Under the pieces are notes generated by a model. The model saw only the letters and a program-made list of their open reading frames with translations, did not search any database and was not told the origin of the DNA. A program made the position numbers and the translations under genes. Of a stretch of 64,000 bases of DNA, positions 18,879 through 29,607 are shown piece by piece. Source of the DNA: Chitinophagaceae bacterium (GTDB lineage Bacteria; Bacteroidota; Bacteroidia; Chitinophagales; Chitinophagaceae); contig JBDHYJ010000008.1 of NCBI GenBank assembly GCA_039811345.1, positions 12,594-76,593 of the forward strand, given 5' to 3'. Numbering within the stretch: position 1 is the stretch's first letter; each line of letters starts with the position of its first letter.

Positions 18879-18907
18879 GGCATTTTTAAAATGAATTATC
18901 ATAAGTT

Positions 18908-21271
18908 ATGCAGCAACAGGTTGATTTAAATACTGACAATTATGGCGCAAACAAAGAGGAGAACCTTTTGCAGGATATTTTAAACAGATACCTGCCCTGG
19001 TGGCCTTTGTTTGCTCTTCTGATTGTTTTAAGCTTGTCCTGTGCCTGGTTTTATTTAAGATATGCAACACCTATCTATCAAGCCTCTGCCAGTTTATTGA
19101 TTAAAGATGAGAAAAAAGGGTTGGATGACTCTAACCTTATGGAATCACTAAACCTTTTTGGTTCTAAGAAGATTGTGGAAAATGAAATAGAAATTCTCCG
19201 CTCCAGGTCAATAGCCAAAGAAGTTGTAAAAAAATTAAGGCTATATGCACCAATTGTTCAGGAAGGAAGAGTTCATGATATTTCCGGATATGAAATATCT
19301 CCTGTTTGGGTAGAAGCAGAATACCCTGACTCTATAATACCGGTTAAAGATGTATTCTTTAAATATGATATCAACACAGGCAAGATCAATTTTGATAACA
19401 AAACATATTCATTGCATGAATGGATACAGTCTCCATATGGAGTAATCAGATTTCTGCCCAATCCATACTTTAGAGGAGGAGCACTCAATAAGCCCTTTCA
19501 TTTTTCTCTGATAAATATCAAAAGATCTGTAGCACAATTATTAAAACAGTTGCAAATAGCTGCAAGCAGTAAGCAATCTACGGTTATTAATCTAACTTAC
19601 AGAGATGATGTTCCAAAAAGAGCTGAAAACATTCTTAATGAATTAATAGCAGCCTATAACAGAGCTGCGGTAAATGACAAAAACCTTCTTGCATCCAATA
19701 CCCTGGCTTTTGTGGATGAACGACTGAAAAATGTATTTAGCGAATTGGATTCTGTAGAACACAGTCTGGAAAGATTTAGAACAAAGAATCGTTTAGTTGA
19801 CATTAGCGAACAGGGCAAACAATTCCTTGCCAATGTAGGGGTCAATGATCAGAAATTAGGGGAGTTGAATATGCAGCTTGCCGTTTTAAAACAAGTGGAG
19901 CAATATGTAACCAACAAAGAAAAAAAGGGGGCAATTGTTCCGTCCACATTAGGAATTACCGATCCCATTCTTTCTGGTTTATTAGACCAATTATATGCGT
20001 TGGAAATGCAATACGAAAAGATGAAGCTTACAACCGCTGAAAGCAATCCATTGATGCTCTCAGTTGCAGATCAGATTGCTCACCTTCGCCCTCGTATTTT
20101 AGAAAGTATCCGTAATCAAATAAAGAGTATCGAGGCCGGGCGTAATGATGTAAGTAATACCAATAATCAGTATTCTTCCATGCTTCAAAAATTACCGAAC
20201 AAAGAAAGAGAGTTATTGGATATCAGCAGGCAACAATCTATTAAAAACAGCATTTATACTTTCCTGTTGCAGAAAAAAGAAGAAACTGCTTTATCCTACT
20301 TTTCTACCGTTGCCGATAGCAGGGTAATTGACGTTGCAGAAGTTGGTAACCTTCCGGTAAGCCCCAAAAGAATGATGGTTCTGGCCATTGCCCTTGGCGC
20401 AGCATTGCTGTTGGGAATAGGATTTGTTGAAATTAAAGAAATGCTCAACAGGAATGTGTTGTACAGAACAGAAATTGAAAAATATACTAAAGCGCCTATT
20501 CTCGGTGAAGTAGCTTTTGACAAATCGAATACAGCACTTGTAATAGCTGAAGGTAAGAGGAGTTTTATCGCCGAACAATTCCGTCAGCTAAGAACTTCTC
20601 TTGGTTACCTGGGTATAAATTCCAGGAAAAAGAAAATATTGCTTACTTCTTCCATTTCCGGAGAGGGAAAAAGTTTTATCACTGCAAATCTAGGGGTAAG
20701 CCTTGCATTAATCGGGAAGAAAGTGGTAATCATTGAGCTTGATTTGAGAAAACCCAAATTAAGTGATGCCTTTAATATTTCACGTTCAAAAGGAATTTCC
20801 AATTATTTTATTGGCGATATGGAGGCTGAAGAAATTATAAAGAGTACAGAAACAGCTAATTTGTTTTTAATTCCTTCCGGACCAATCCCTCCTAATCCTT
20901 CCGAATTGATACTTAACGGGCGATTACCCGAATTACTGAACTATCTTGAATCACATTTTGATTATATAATCATTGACACTGCCCCAGTAAACCCTGTAAC
21001 AGATGCTTATATTGTTTCACCTATGTGTGATGCAACACTTTTTGTAATTCGTCATGGTTATACACCTCGTTTTCATCTCCAAAAAATGGACGAACAAAAT
21101 AAGATACGTGAGCTTAAGAATATGGCAATTATTTTTAACGGTGTTAAGAATAAAGGATATGGCAACTATGGATACGGATACGGGTATGGATACGGATACG
21201 GGTATACTGAGGAAGATAACACCAAACATAAAAAGAGTAAAAAACAAAAAAAAACAAATACTGAATCTTAG
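18908..21271 (+). CDS. wzc: Polysaccharide co-polymerase / tyrosine autokinase (Wzc/GumC family)
   Basis: 787 aa. Wzz-like N-terminal half with two TM segments and a coiled coil. Walker A SSISGEGKSF, A' VVIIELDLRKP and B YIIIDTAPV. C-terminal Tyr cluster GYGNYGYGYGYGYGYGY followed by a Lys-rich tail. Confidence 0.9.
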   Translation: MQQQVDLNTDNYGANKEENLLQDILNRYLPWWPLFALLIVLSLSCAWFYLRYATPIYQASASLLIKDEKKGLDDSNLMESLNLFGSKKIVENEIEILRSRSIAKEVVKKLRLYAPIVQEGRVHDISGYEISPVWVEAEYPDSIIPVKDVFFKYDINTGKINFDNKTYSLHEWIQSPYGVIRFLPNPYFRGGALNKPFHFSLINIKRSVAQLLKQLQIAASSKQSTVINLTYRDDVPKRAENILNELIAAYNRAAVNDKNLLASNTLAFVDERLKNVFSELDSVEHSLERFRTKNRLVDISEQGKQFLANVGVNDQKLGELNMQLAVLKQVEQYVTNKEKKGAIVPSTLGITDPILSGLLDQLYALEMQYEKMKLTTAESNPLMLSVADQIAHLRPRILESIRNQIKSIEAGRNDVSNTNNQYSSMLQKLPNKERELLDISRQQSIKNSIYTFLLQKKEETALSYFSTVADSRVIDVAEVGNLPVSPKRMMVLAIALGAALLLGIGFVEIKEMLNRNVLYRTEIEKYTKAPILGEVAFDKSNTALVIAEGKRSFIAEQFRQLRTSLGYLGINSRKKKILLTSSISGEGKSFITANLGVSLALIGKKVVIIELDLRKPKLSDAFNISRSKGISNYFIGDMEAEEIIKSTETANLFLIPSGPIPPNPSELILNGRLPELLNYLESHFDYIIIDTAPVNPVTDAYIVSPMCDATLFVIRHGYTPRFHLQKMDEQNKIRELKNMAIIFNGVKNKGYGNYGYGYGYGYGYGYTEEDNTKHKKSKKQKKTNTES
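21170..21205 (+). repeat. Perfect tandem duplication of an 18-nt unit (GGATACGGATACGGGTAT x2) encoding the Wzc tyrosine cluster
   Basis: Read directly: 21170-21187 is identical to 21188-21205. Confidence 0.9.
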
Positions 21272-21512
21272 GCTGTATTTGACTTAAAGGTGAATGTGCT
21301 TGTAGTACACCTTTCCGAAAATATTCCTAACGATAAACCAGCCCTGTTTTTTTAACACGTAAACTAAGAGAACCTGTTGAAAATAAGCTATCGGGGAAAG
21401 ATTTAAGTCCAGGTCCAGTGAAAAACCATTGAACGATGAATGGTACTGGGAGTAGCGAAGCTGTGCCGTCATGAAATGAAAACATTGGATAACTGTTAAA
21501 TCCTGACCGTTA

Positions 21513-22079
21513 ATGAATAGCGAACTAAACAAACATTGGTATGTAGTTTATACCAAACCGAACTGGGAAAAGAAAGTTGCTGATCTTCTTGGGAAAAAAG
21601 GTATAGAACAATATTGTCCATTGAATAAGGTACTGAAACAATGGCATGACAGAAAAAAAACCATCCTTGAGCCTTTATTTAAATCCTATGTTTTTGTACG
21701 AACTGATGTACAAACGCATAGCCGTATTAAAGCAATGCCAGGAATCCTGAATTTTGTGTACTGGCTTGGTAAACCCGCAATTGTTAAAAATGAAGAAATT
21801 GATGCCATCCGTAGTTTTTTGCTTGAGCATAAATATGTTCAACTGGAAAAGGTTGCAGTAAATGTTAATGATGTGGTTAAGATTCTTCATGGACCTTTTA
21901 TTCACAGAGAAGGAAAAATCGTGCAGGTAAAAAATAATACAGTAAAAATAGAATTACCATCTATTGGGTATACATTGATTGCCCAGCTTAACAGAAATAA
22001 TATTGAAGTTGTAACTCCTCGTCAGTCTTTCGACACATTCAAAATAAATGAGGAAAGAAAACTTAGAGATATAATTTAA
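21513..22079 (+). CDS. UpxY-family (NusG-like) transcription antiterminator
   Basis: 188 aa. NGN-like N-terminus (WYVVYTKPNWEKKV ... PLFKSYVFVR) and a KOW-like segment (VKILHGPFIHREGKIVQV). Confidence 0.8.
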   Translation: MNSELNKHWYVVYTKPNWEKKVADLLGKKGIEQYCPLNKVLKQWHDRKKTILEPLFKSYVFVRTDVQTHSRIKAMPGILNFVYWLGKPAIVKNEEIDAIRSFLLEHKYVQLEKVAVNVNDVVKILHGPFIHREGKIVQVKNNTVKIELPSIGYTLIAQLNRNNIEVVTPRQSFDTFKINEERKLRDII

Positions 22080-22106
22080 TTTTTTCATTTTAGCCAAAAT
22101 AATACA

Positions 22107-23045
22107 ATGCAGATTAATGATAAAATATATATAGCCGGTCATAGAGGTATGGTAGGTGGAGCTATATTAAGAAGCTTAAGACAAAAGGGATTTACAAATA
22201 TAATATACAGAACTTCCACGGTTCTTGATCTGAGAAATCAGCAACAGGTAGACGAATTTTTTGAAGAGGAAAAACCCGGTTATGTTTTTGTGGCCGCAGC
22301 AAAAGTGGGGGGTATTGTTGCAAACAATACATATCGTGCAGACTTTTTGTATGACAACCTTATGATGGAATCCAATATCATACACGCTGCTTATAAAAAC
22401 AAGGTCACTAAGCTTATGTTTCTGGGCAGCAGTTGCATCTATCCAAAACTGGCACCCCAGCCTCTAAAGGAAGAATACCTTCTAACCGGTTTGCTGGAAA
22501 CTACCAATGAACCCTATGCTATTGCAAAGATTGCCGGCATCAAACTATGCGAAGCTTACCGTGACCAGTACGGTTGCAATTTTATAAGTGTAATGCCAAC
22601 TAATCTCTATGGTACGGGCGATAATTATCACCCTCAAAATTCACATGTTTTGCCAGCCTTAATACGTAAAGTACATAAAGCCAAAGAAAATAATAGTCCC
22701 AAAGTTGTCGTTTGGGGAACAGGCAATCCACGTCGTGAATTCATGTTTGCGGATGATCTTGCGGATGCCTGTGTTTACCTGATGGAAAATTATAATAAGA
22801 AAGAATTTATCAATATAGGAGTTGGCACAGATATTTCTATCAGGGAACTGGCAGAACTTATAAAGGAAGTAATAGGTTATAAAGGAAGTTTTGTTTTTGA
22901 TACCTCCAAACCAGACGGAACACCACAAAAGCTTATGGATGTAAGCAGGTTGCACTCCCTGGGCTGGAAGCATACTACCTCTCTGAAGGATGGTATACAA
23001 CAGGCGTATAAAGATTTTCTAAAAAGAGAAGTAGTGGAAGGATAA
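22107..23045 (+). CDS. fcl: GDP-L-fucose synthase
   Basis: 312 aa. Motifs [23 protein letters not shown] and [21 protein letters not shown]. Confidence 0.9.
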   Translation: MQINDKIYIAGHRGMVGGAILRSLRQKGFTNIIYRTSTVLDLRNQQQVDEFFEEEKPGYVFVAAAKVGGIVANNTYRADFLYDNLMMESNIIHAAYKNKVTKLMFLGSSCIYPKLAPQPLKEEYLLTGLLETTNEPYAIAKIAGIKLCEAYRDQYGCNFISVMPTNLYGTGDNYHPQNSHVLPALIRKVHKAKENNSPKVVVWGTGNPRREFMFADDLADACVYLMENYNKKEFINIGVGTDISIRELAELIKEVIGYKGSFVFDTSKPDGTPQKLMDVSRLHSLGWKHTTSLKDGIQQAYKDFLKREVVEG

Positions 23046-23116
23046 ATCGTAAAACAGGTAGATTCCGGATTAATTTGATTTTTGGGTACAGTACTAAAAT
23101 TAATATTTAAATATTT

Positions 23117-24229
23117 ATGAAAACAGCATTGATTACAGGTGTTACCGGTCAGGATGGATCTTATTTAGCTGAATTGTTATTAGAAAAAGGTTATGAAGTC
23201 CATGGAATAAAACGCAGGTCATCTTCTTTTAACACACAAAGAATTGACCATTTATATGTTGATCAGCATGAAGATCATGTCAAATTCAAATTGCATTATG
23301 GTGATTTAACTGATTCTACTAATCTGATTAGAATCATTCAGGAAATACAACCTGATGAAATTTATAATCTCGGGGCAATGTCACACGTTAAGGTCTCATT
23401 TGATTCTCCCGAATATGTTGCCAATGTTGATGGGATAGGTACATTACGAATATTAGAAGCAGTCAGGATACTTGGTTTGAATAATAAAACCCGGATTTAT
23501 CAGGCTTCAACTTCCGAGTTATATGGTGGAATAAAAGAAAATAAGAATGAGAAAGGATTTTACGATGAAAACTCAGCTTTTTATCCACGCTCACCCTATG
23601 GAGTAGCAAAAATTTATGGTTTTTGGATTACAAAAAACTACCGTGAAGCTTATAACATGTTTGCCTGCAACGGGATTTTATTCAACCATGAGTCTCCCAG
23701 AAGGGGAGAAACTTTTGTTACAAGAAAGATTACTATGGCTGCCGCAGCAATTGCATTAGGTAAACAGGATTGTTTGTACCTGGGTAATCTTAACGCCCAA
23801 AGAGACTGGGGACATGCGAAAGACTATGTGGAAGCAATGTGGCTAATATTACAACAGGATAAACCCGAAGATTATGTTATTGCAACCGGTATTACAACTT
23901 ATATTCGGGATTTTGTAAAAATGTGTTTCGAAGAACTGGGAATTGAGCTGGCATTTGAAGGGAAAGAAGAAAATGAAGTAGCACGTGTAATTGCATGTAA
24001 TAACCCTGAGTATCAAATTAAAATTGGTAAAGTTGTATTGCGTATAGATCCTAAATATTATCGTCCTACAGAAGTTGACATACTAATAGGAGATCCCACC
24101 AAAGCCAAAACCAAATTGGGATGGCAACCTAAATATGATTTGAAGAGGTTAGTAAATGATATGATTACTTCAGACGTGGAATTAGTAAAACAGCATTTTA
24201 ATTCACAATGGGAACATTTGGTGGGGTAA
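23117..24229 (+). CDS. gmd: GDP-mannose 4,6-dehydratase
   Basis: 370 aa. Motifs [26 protein letters not shown] and [16 protein letters not shown]. Confidence 0.95.
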   Translation: MKTALITGVTGQDGSYLAELLLEKGYEVHGIKRRSSSFNTQRIDHLYVDQHEDHVKFKLHYGDLTDSTNLIRIIQEIQPDEIYNLGAMSHVKVSFDSPEYVANVDGIGTLRILEAVRILGLNNKTRIYQASTSELYGGIKENKNEKGFYDENSAFYPRSPYGVAKIYGFWITKNYREAYNMFACNGILFNHESPRRGETFVTRKITMAAAAIALGKQDCLYLGNLNAQRDWGHAKDYVEAMWLILQQDKPEDYVIATGITTYIRDFVKMCFEELGIELAFEGKEENEVARVIACNNPEYQIKIGKVVLRIDPKYYRPTEVDILIGDPTKAKTKLGWQPKYDLKRLVNDMITSDVELVKQHFNSQWEHLVG

Positions 24230-24406
24230 ATTCTTAAGAATAAAAAATCTACAAGGGATAATTTTTTGTAAATCCAACAATAAATTAAGTACACAATGAA
24301 CTATGCTATTCTTTCTATTGAAAGTTATACAAATAAATTTAGATAATTAAAAAATATCAAATCAGAACTCCAAAAAAAGTGCAATTATTCTTTTAAGTAA
24401 AGCTTA

Positions 24407-25927
24407 ATGAACACAGCAAAAAGGGTGATTAAAAATACCGGGTTCCTGTACGCGAAAATGGGAATCACCATGTTCATTTCACTATATACAACCCGTTTAG
24501 TTTTAAATGCTTTGGGTGTTTCCGATTTTGGGATTTTTACTATTGTTGGAGGTGCGATAGGTATGTTGGGATTTTTAAATGCTTCAATGGCTTCCGCTAC
24601 GCAGCGATTTATGAGTTATGCGGAAGGTGAGGGAAATAAAGAGAAACAAAAAAAGATATTCAATATAAGTATAGTATTGCATTTTTTAATAGCCTGGGTA
24701 TTGGGTTTGGTACTATTGATTATCGGTTATTTTTTTTTTAATGGAATTCTGAATATTGAGACGGAGCGAGTTTATGCAGCTAAAATGATATATGGTAGTT
24801 TAATCCTTAGTACAATGTTTACGGTAATGAGTGTGCCCTATGATGCCGTATTGAATGCCAGAGAAAATATGTTATATTATGCCATAGTAGGAATAGTAGA
24901 ATCTTTATTAAAACTTATAGTAGCATTTGCAGTAGTTTATTTTGCAGGAGATAAACTGATATTATATGGTATATTAATGGCTTGTATACCTTTTATAATA
25001 ATGACGATAATGAGGATATATTGTCATAAAAAATATGAAGAATGTGTGATAGCTCCCCGTAAATATTGGGACAAAAATTTAATAAAAGAAATTAGCGGTT
25101 TTGCAGGCTGGAGCTTTTTTGCTTCTGCTGCAACAATGATTACAATGCAGGGAATCGCTATTTTATTGAATATTTTTTTTGGGGTCATAGCTAACGCAGC
25201 TCATGGTATAGCAAATCAATTAGCTGGTCAGATTATGGTATTTTCCAATAATATGCTGAAGGCCCTTAATCCAACTATTGTTAAATCAGAAGGAGCGAAA
25301 AATAGGGATAAAATGTTAGAGATTACCATTTCGGGTAGTAAGTTGTCATTTATGCTTTTGGCACTTTTTGCACTCCCATTGTGTTTAGAAACTCCGGCTT
25401 TTCTTTCAATTTGGTTAAAAAATCCTCCAGAATATGCGGTTCTGTTTTGCCGGTTAGTTTTGATAAGGCTAATGATTACACAATTACATGTGCCACTTGT
25501 TACAGCAATTAATGCAGGTGGAAAAATAAAGGCCCAGTCTGTATCTATTAGTTTAATTACATTGTTAGTGATACCAATTAGCGCATTATTATATTATTTG
25601 AATGCCCCAATATTTATAGTATATATTGTTTTAATAATTATGACTATTGCTTATCTAATAGTTAATGCATATTTTATGCACGTTAAATACAACTTCAAAT
25701 TATCATTCTTTTTTAAACATGTTGTTTCACGATGCCTTCTTTCTGGAATTATTACTTCAGTAATGGGAGTTTTAATAATGTACTTTTTTGAGCCTTCGAT
25801 ATTTAGATTCTTTATTGTTTCTGGAGTTTGTATGGTTTTCTTTCTATATCTTTTCTATACTTTAGTTTTAAATCAAACAGAACGAAATATAATACTCAGT
25901 ATTCGCAATAAATTAATACATAGATGA
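24407..25927 (+). CDS. wzx: Wzx-type oligosaccharide flippase (MOP superfamily)
   Basis: 506 aa, polytopic (about 12-14 hydrophobic segments). Its position in the polysaccharide locus and its very AT-rich coding sequence fit the call. Confidence 0.7.
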   Translation: MNTAKRVIKNTGFLYAKMGITMFISLYTTRLVLNALGVSDFGIFTIVGGAIGMLGFLNASMASATQRFMSYAEGEGNKEKQKKIFNISIVLHFLIAWVLGLVLLIIGYFFFNGILNIETERVYAAKMIYGSLILSTMFTVMSVPYDAVLNARENMLYYAIVGIVESLLKLIVAFAVVYFAGDKLILYGILMACIPFIIMTIMRIYCHKKYEECVIAPRKYWDKNLIKEISGFAGWSFFASAATMITMQGIAILLNIFFGVIANAAHGIANQLAGQIMVFSNNMLKALNPTIVKSEGAKNRDKMLEITISGSKLSFMLLALFALPLCLETPAFLSIWLKNPPEYAVLFCRLVLIRLMITQLHVPLVTAINAGGKIKAQSVSISLITLLVIPISALLYYLNAPIFIVYIVLIIMTIAYLIVNAYFMHVKYNFKLSFFFKHVVSRCLLSGIITSVMGVLIMYFFEPSIFRFFIVSGVCMVFFLYLFYTLVLNQTERNIILSIRNKLIHR

Positions 25928-27027
25928 CCAAGATAGGTATATATACTATTCATGCAGATCACAATTTTGGTGCAATGCTGCAAGCCTATGCTACAGAACA
26001 CTTTCTGAATAGTAATGGATTTGATGCAGAAATTGTAAACTATTTTCCACTACAAGTAGAACGTTCCAACAAGTTTGTTCCCAGTAGATTTTCTATTAAA
26101 GGATATATACGTAGTTTCTATGCTAAAATTTCAAGTGACATGCGTGAAAAGGATAGTCGTTTTACCATGTTTCATAATTCTATGAAATTATCCAGAAGGT
26201 ATTATTCGCTAGATGAGATTTATAATCAAAAAACTGATTATGATATTCATTTAATAGGTAGTGATCAGGTATGGAATGTAGAAAATGGCATACCTGACAG
26301 GGCTTATTTCTATCTTGATTTTTTAATCAATAGTGAAAAGAAAATTTCATATGCACCAAGCATCGCTTCGGATCATATCCCGGATGCAATTCAACCCAGG
26401 ATGAAAAGTTTGTTAAGCAAATTCAATCATTTAAGCGTAAGGGAAGATGTGGGTGTTCAACTTGTTGAAAATCTTATTGATAGGAAAGTAAAACATGTAG
26501 CAGATCCAACCTTTTTATTAGATAAACAGGAATGGTTAAATAAAATAGATGTACAAAGATTAGTTAAAGCACCTTACATTCTTTATTACGGATTTGATTC
26601 CGATTTGAATACACAATCTATTGTTTTGTATGCAAAAAAAGTTTTGGGTATACAGACTGTTATTGTAACACCACAACCAAGTACTCCTTTTAAAGCAGAT
26701 AGAGTAATAAGATCAGCAGGGCCACTTGAATTTTTAAATTTGGTGAAGTATGCAGATTTAGTAATTACAAGTTCTTTTCATGGAGTTGCTTTTTCTATAA
26801 ACTTTAACGTTAATTTTTTCGCTTTAAAATACAAAAAAAGAAATTCGAGAGTGGAATCATTATTGCGGTTAGCCGATTTATCAGATAGGTTAATACCTGA
26901 CTTAGATAATTTTAAAAGGGCGGATGTTAAAGATTATTATATTGATTATACTAAAAAAAGTGATAATTTAAAATTGCATATTAATGATTCTAAAAATTGG
27001 TTATTGAAATCACTAGGATCTATTTGA
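25924..27027 (+). CDS. Polysaccharide pyruvyl transferase family protein
   Basis: 367 aa. The N-terminal IGIYTIHADHNFGAMLQAYA motif is typical of the PS_pyruv_trans family. The start overlaps the wzx stop (ATGA). Confidence 0.7.
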   Translation: MTKIGIYTIHADHNFGAMLQAYATEHFLNSNGFDAEIVNYFPLQVERSNKFVPSRFSIKGYIRSFYAKISSDMREKDSRFTMFHNSMKLSRRYYSLDEIYNQKTDYDIHLIGSDQVWNVENGIPDRAYFYLDFLINSEKKISYAPSIASDHIPDAIQPRMKSLLSKFNHLSVREDVGVQLVENLIDRKVKHVADPTFLLDKQEWLNKIDVQRLVKAPYILYYGFDSDLNTQSIVLYAKKVLGIQTVIVTPQPSTPFKADRVIRSAGPLEFLNLVKYADLVITSSFHGVAFSINFNVNFFALKYKKRNSRVESLLRLADLSDRLIPDLDNFKRADVKDYYIDYTKKSDNLKLHINDSKNWLLKSLGSI

Positions 27028-27288
27028 GGACAGGGTTACAAATATAATCATCTGATTATTTTTTGTAGGGAGTAATTACATGGAACGAAAACAAAGAGCC
27101 TTAAAACTATTCTTTGGATATTCCACTTCCAATTTTTCCTAAATAAACTTTGTTTTCGAAAGACGGTTGCTGATAGACAAAAATATTTGATTTCTAACCT
27201 TAATTTTTTTATTTCAAAAAAGAGGGTTAAAAGATTTTGATACCATTAATCAAAATTGTATGGTATTTAAAACTAAAAACTAAATATT

Positions 27289-28251
27289 GTGAATTCTGTT
27301 AACAGGGTTATATTAAAGGGGGTTCGAAAAATATATCGGAAACTAAATCATGTGCCAGAAACTAACGGTCGTAACTGGAAAATGTTTTCGAACAAAGAAT
27401 ATGCTAATAATATAATAAGCGAATTATTAATAAATGAAAAACCCTGCATGATTGCTCGGTTTGGATCTACAGAAATGTTATGCCTGATAAATTATTTAGG
27501 TGTAAAGCAGAACAACAAAACTTGGAGTGAATACATTATGGGTAAGATTCCAGCATGGTGGTGGGAACCTAATGTTATTGAACAATTACAAAAATGGAGT
27601 GGTTTTTTCCCAGGGAGTATTGACAAAGTGGAGCAATTCTGTGAATTAATAATAAAAGATATACCACAAGTTGATTTATTGGGGTCCTGGTTATTGGGCG
27701 AGAAGTATTTTAAAAAAGAACTGACAGGATGTAGAAAGGTAGTTCTCGAAGATCTGGAACCCTTTTTTACAACTAATCCCTGGACAAGGGTTTTAGCCGG
27801 GAAGAAAGTGCTGGTTGTTCATCCTTTTGCAGAAACGATCGAAATGCAGTATAAAAAAAGAAAACTTTTATTTGACAATGATCTTTTGCCAGCTTTCGAT
27901 CTGAAAATAGTTAAGGCGGTGCAAAGTATTGCCGGAGAAAAAACTGAGCATAAGGATTGGTTTGCTGCTTTAAAATGGATGCAGGATGAAATTGATAAAA
28001 TCGCTTATGATATTGCCATTGTAGGTTGTGGTGCTTACGGATTCCCATTGGCAGCACATATAAAGCGATCCGGTAAAAAAGCAATTCATCTTGCCGGGGT
28101 AACACAATTATTATTTGGTATTAAGGGGAAGCGATGGGAAGAATTTATAGTTTGGCCCTATACCAATTTGTTTAATGAACACTGGGTCTACCCCGGGGAG
28201 AAGGAAAAACCGAAGAATGCTAACGTTGTAGAAGGAGCATGTTACTGGTAA
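27289..28251 (+). CDS. Uncharacterised soluble protein; possible GT-D (DUF1792-like) glycosyltransferase
   Basis: 320 aa with a GTG start per the track. The MIARFGSTE segment resembles the ARFGDGE signature I recall for DUF1792. The assignment is weak. Confidence 0.35.
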   Translation: MNSVNRVILKGVRKIYRKLNHVPETNGRNWKMFSNKEYANNIISELLINEKPCMIARFGSTEMLCLINYLGVKQNNKTWSEYIMGKIPAWWWEPNVIEQLQKWSGFFPGSIDKVEQFCELIIKDIPQVDLLGSWLLGEKYFKKELTGCRKVVLEDLEPFFTTNPWTRVLAGKKVLVVHPFAETIEMQYKKRKLLFDNDLLPAFDLKIVKAVQSIAGEKTEHKDWFAALKWMQDEIDKIAYDIAIVGCGAYGFPLAAHIKRSGKKAIHLAGVTQLLFGIKGKRWEEFIVWPYTNLFNEHWVYPGEKEKPKNANVVEGACYW

Positions 28252-28260
28252 ACTAAAGCT

Positions 28261-28956
28261 ATGAAAGGATTAGATAAAATAATTCGAATCTTACGAATAC
28301 CATTCGGAATAATAGTTTATCTGATAAAAATAGGTAACGATTATGCAAGAGATGCAGAAAACAAACAAAGGTTTGCAACTTCAATTATTGATCGTGGATG
28401 TTCTTTTTCAAAAAATGTAACTATAGGTAAACACTCTCATATATTAGAAAACTGTATCGTCAATGATGCCCATATTGGCTCTTACAGCTATTTAGGTCGA
28501 AATTCATTAGCTCAGCATGTTACTATCGGAAACTATTGTTCAATAGCTCATGATGTTATTATAGGTTTAGGTGCACATCCGCTAAATATGTTTTCCACTT
28601 CGCCCTTATTTTATAAAGCTAACAATACAATGCGGGTAAAATTAGTTACTACAGATAGCAATTTTCAGGAGTATAAACAAATAAAAATAGGCAATGATGT
28701 TTGGATTGGTGCAAGGGCAATCATTTTAGATGGAGTGGTCGTTGGAAATGGGGCTGTAATTGCCGCCGGGGCTGTTGTCACAAAAGATGTTCCACCTTAT
28801 GCTATTGTTGGAGGCGTTCCGGCAAAAATTATAAAATTGAGATACCCTGAAAAAATCAGCAACGAATTATCAAAAACCAAATGGTGGGATAATAATGCTG
28901 AAGATGTTTTCAAAATTTTTGATCAGCTTATGGCAATCTGCAGGCAGGATGTATAA
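28261..28956 (+). CDS. Hexapeptide-repeat O-acetyltransferase (CatB/XAT-like)
   Basis: Left-handed beta-helix repeats ([49 protein letters not shown]). Confidence 0.8.
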   Translation: MKGLDKIIRILRIPFGIIVYLIKIGNDYARDAENKQRFATSIIDRGCSFSKNVTIGKHSHILENCIVNDAHIGSYSYLGRNSLAQHVTIGNYCSIAHDVIIGLGAHPLNMFSTSPLFYKANNTMRVKLVTTDSNFQEYKQIKIGNDVWIGARAIILDGVVVGNGAVIAAGAVVTKDVPPYAIVGGVPAKIIKLRYPEKISNELSKTKWWDNNAEDVFKIFDQLMAICRQDV

Positions 28957-28971
28957 CAAATCATTAAGTGC

Positions 28972-29595
28972 ATGCATTTTATATTAAATTTATTTTTTAG
29001 AGCGCTTAGAAAAACTATTAATATCATTGCTAACAAGTTTGATTATTTGTTATGTAGATTGATGTTTTATGTTTATGGGGTAAAAATTGGAAAATTTTCT
29101 ACTCGGGGCCGACCTTTTCTGCTGGTAGCTACAAGCGGTAAATGTATTATAGGCAATAATTTTGCCATGAATAATACAGTCTCAAGTAACCCAATTGGAT
29201 TTGTACAACCCTGCATTTTTTTTGTAGATAAAGGAGCTAAATTAGAAATAGGAAATAATGTAGGTATAAGCCAATCATCATTAATTTGTCATACAAGCAT
29301 TAAAATAGGTAATGACGTAAAGATTGGAGGAGGGGTTTGTATATATGACACCGATTTTCATTCTCTTGATCCTCGTTTGAGACGGGATAAAAAATTAGAT
29401 TTAACGAATAAGCAAAAAAAAGCAGTTGTTATTAAGGACAATGTTTTTATAGGAGCACACTCTATCATTTTAAAAGGCGTAATTATTGGAGAAAATTCTA
29501 TTGTAGGCGCAGGTTCTGTAGTTACAAAAAGTATACCTGATAATGAAATTTGGGCAGGTAATCCTGCCCGAAAAGTGAAAGATGTGAAATTGTAA
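28972..29595 (+). CDS. Hexapeptide-repeat acetyltransferase (WcaF/maltose-O-acetyltransferase-like)
   Basis: Hexapeptide repeats (IGNDVKIGGGVCIYD ... VFIGAHSIILKGVIIGENSIVGAGSVVTKSIP). Confidence 0.8.
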   Translation: MHFILNLFFRALRKTINIIANKFDYLLCRLMFYVYGVKIGKFSTRGRPFLLVATSGKCIIGNNFAMNNTVSSNPIGFVQPCIFFVDKGAKLEIGNNVGISQSSLICHTSIKIGNDVKIGGGVCIYDTDFHSLDPRLRRDKKLDLTNKQKKAVVIKDNVFIGAHSIILKGVIIGENSIVGAGSVVTKSIPDNEIWAGNPARKVKDVKL

Positions 29596-29607
29596 AAATT
29601 ATCAGTA

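Noticed and set aside
21272-21512. Invertible (phase-variable) promoter upstream of the UpxY gene, as in Bacteroides capsule loci
   Set aside because: I could not find a pair of flanking inverted repeats bracketing this gap, and no site-specific recombinase gene is nearby.
21284-21532. 82-aa minus-strand ORF between wzc and upxY
   Set aside because: It is antisense to the operon direction, overlaps the upxY start, and has no recognisable motif or plausible start context.
24233-24244. 12-nt perfect palindrome ATTCTTAAGAAT right after the gmd stop, considered as a terminator
   Set aside because: It has no loop and is only an AT-rich 6-bp arm, so it is unlikely to form a stable terminator hairpin.
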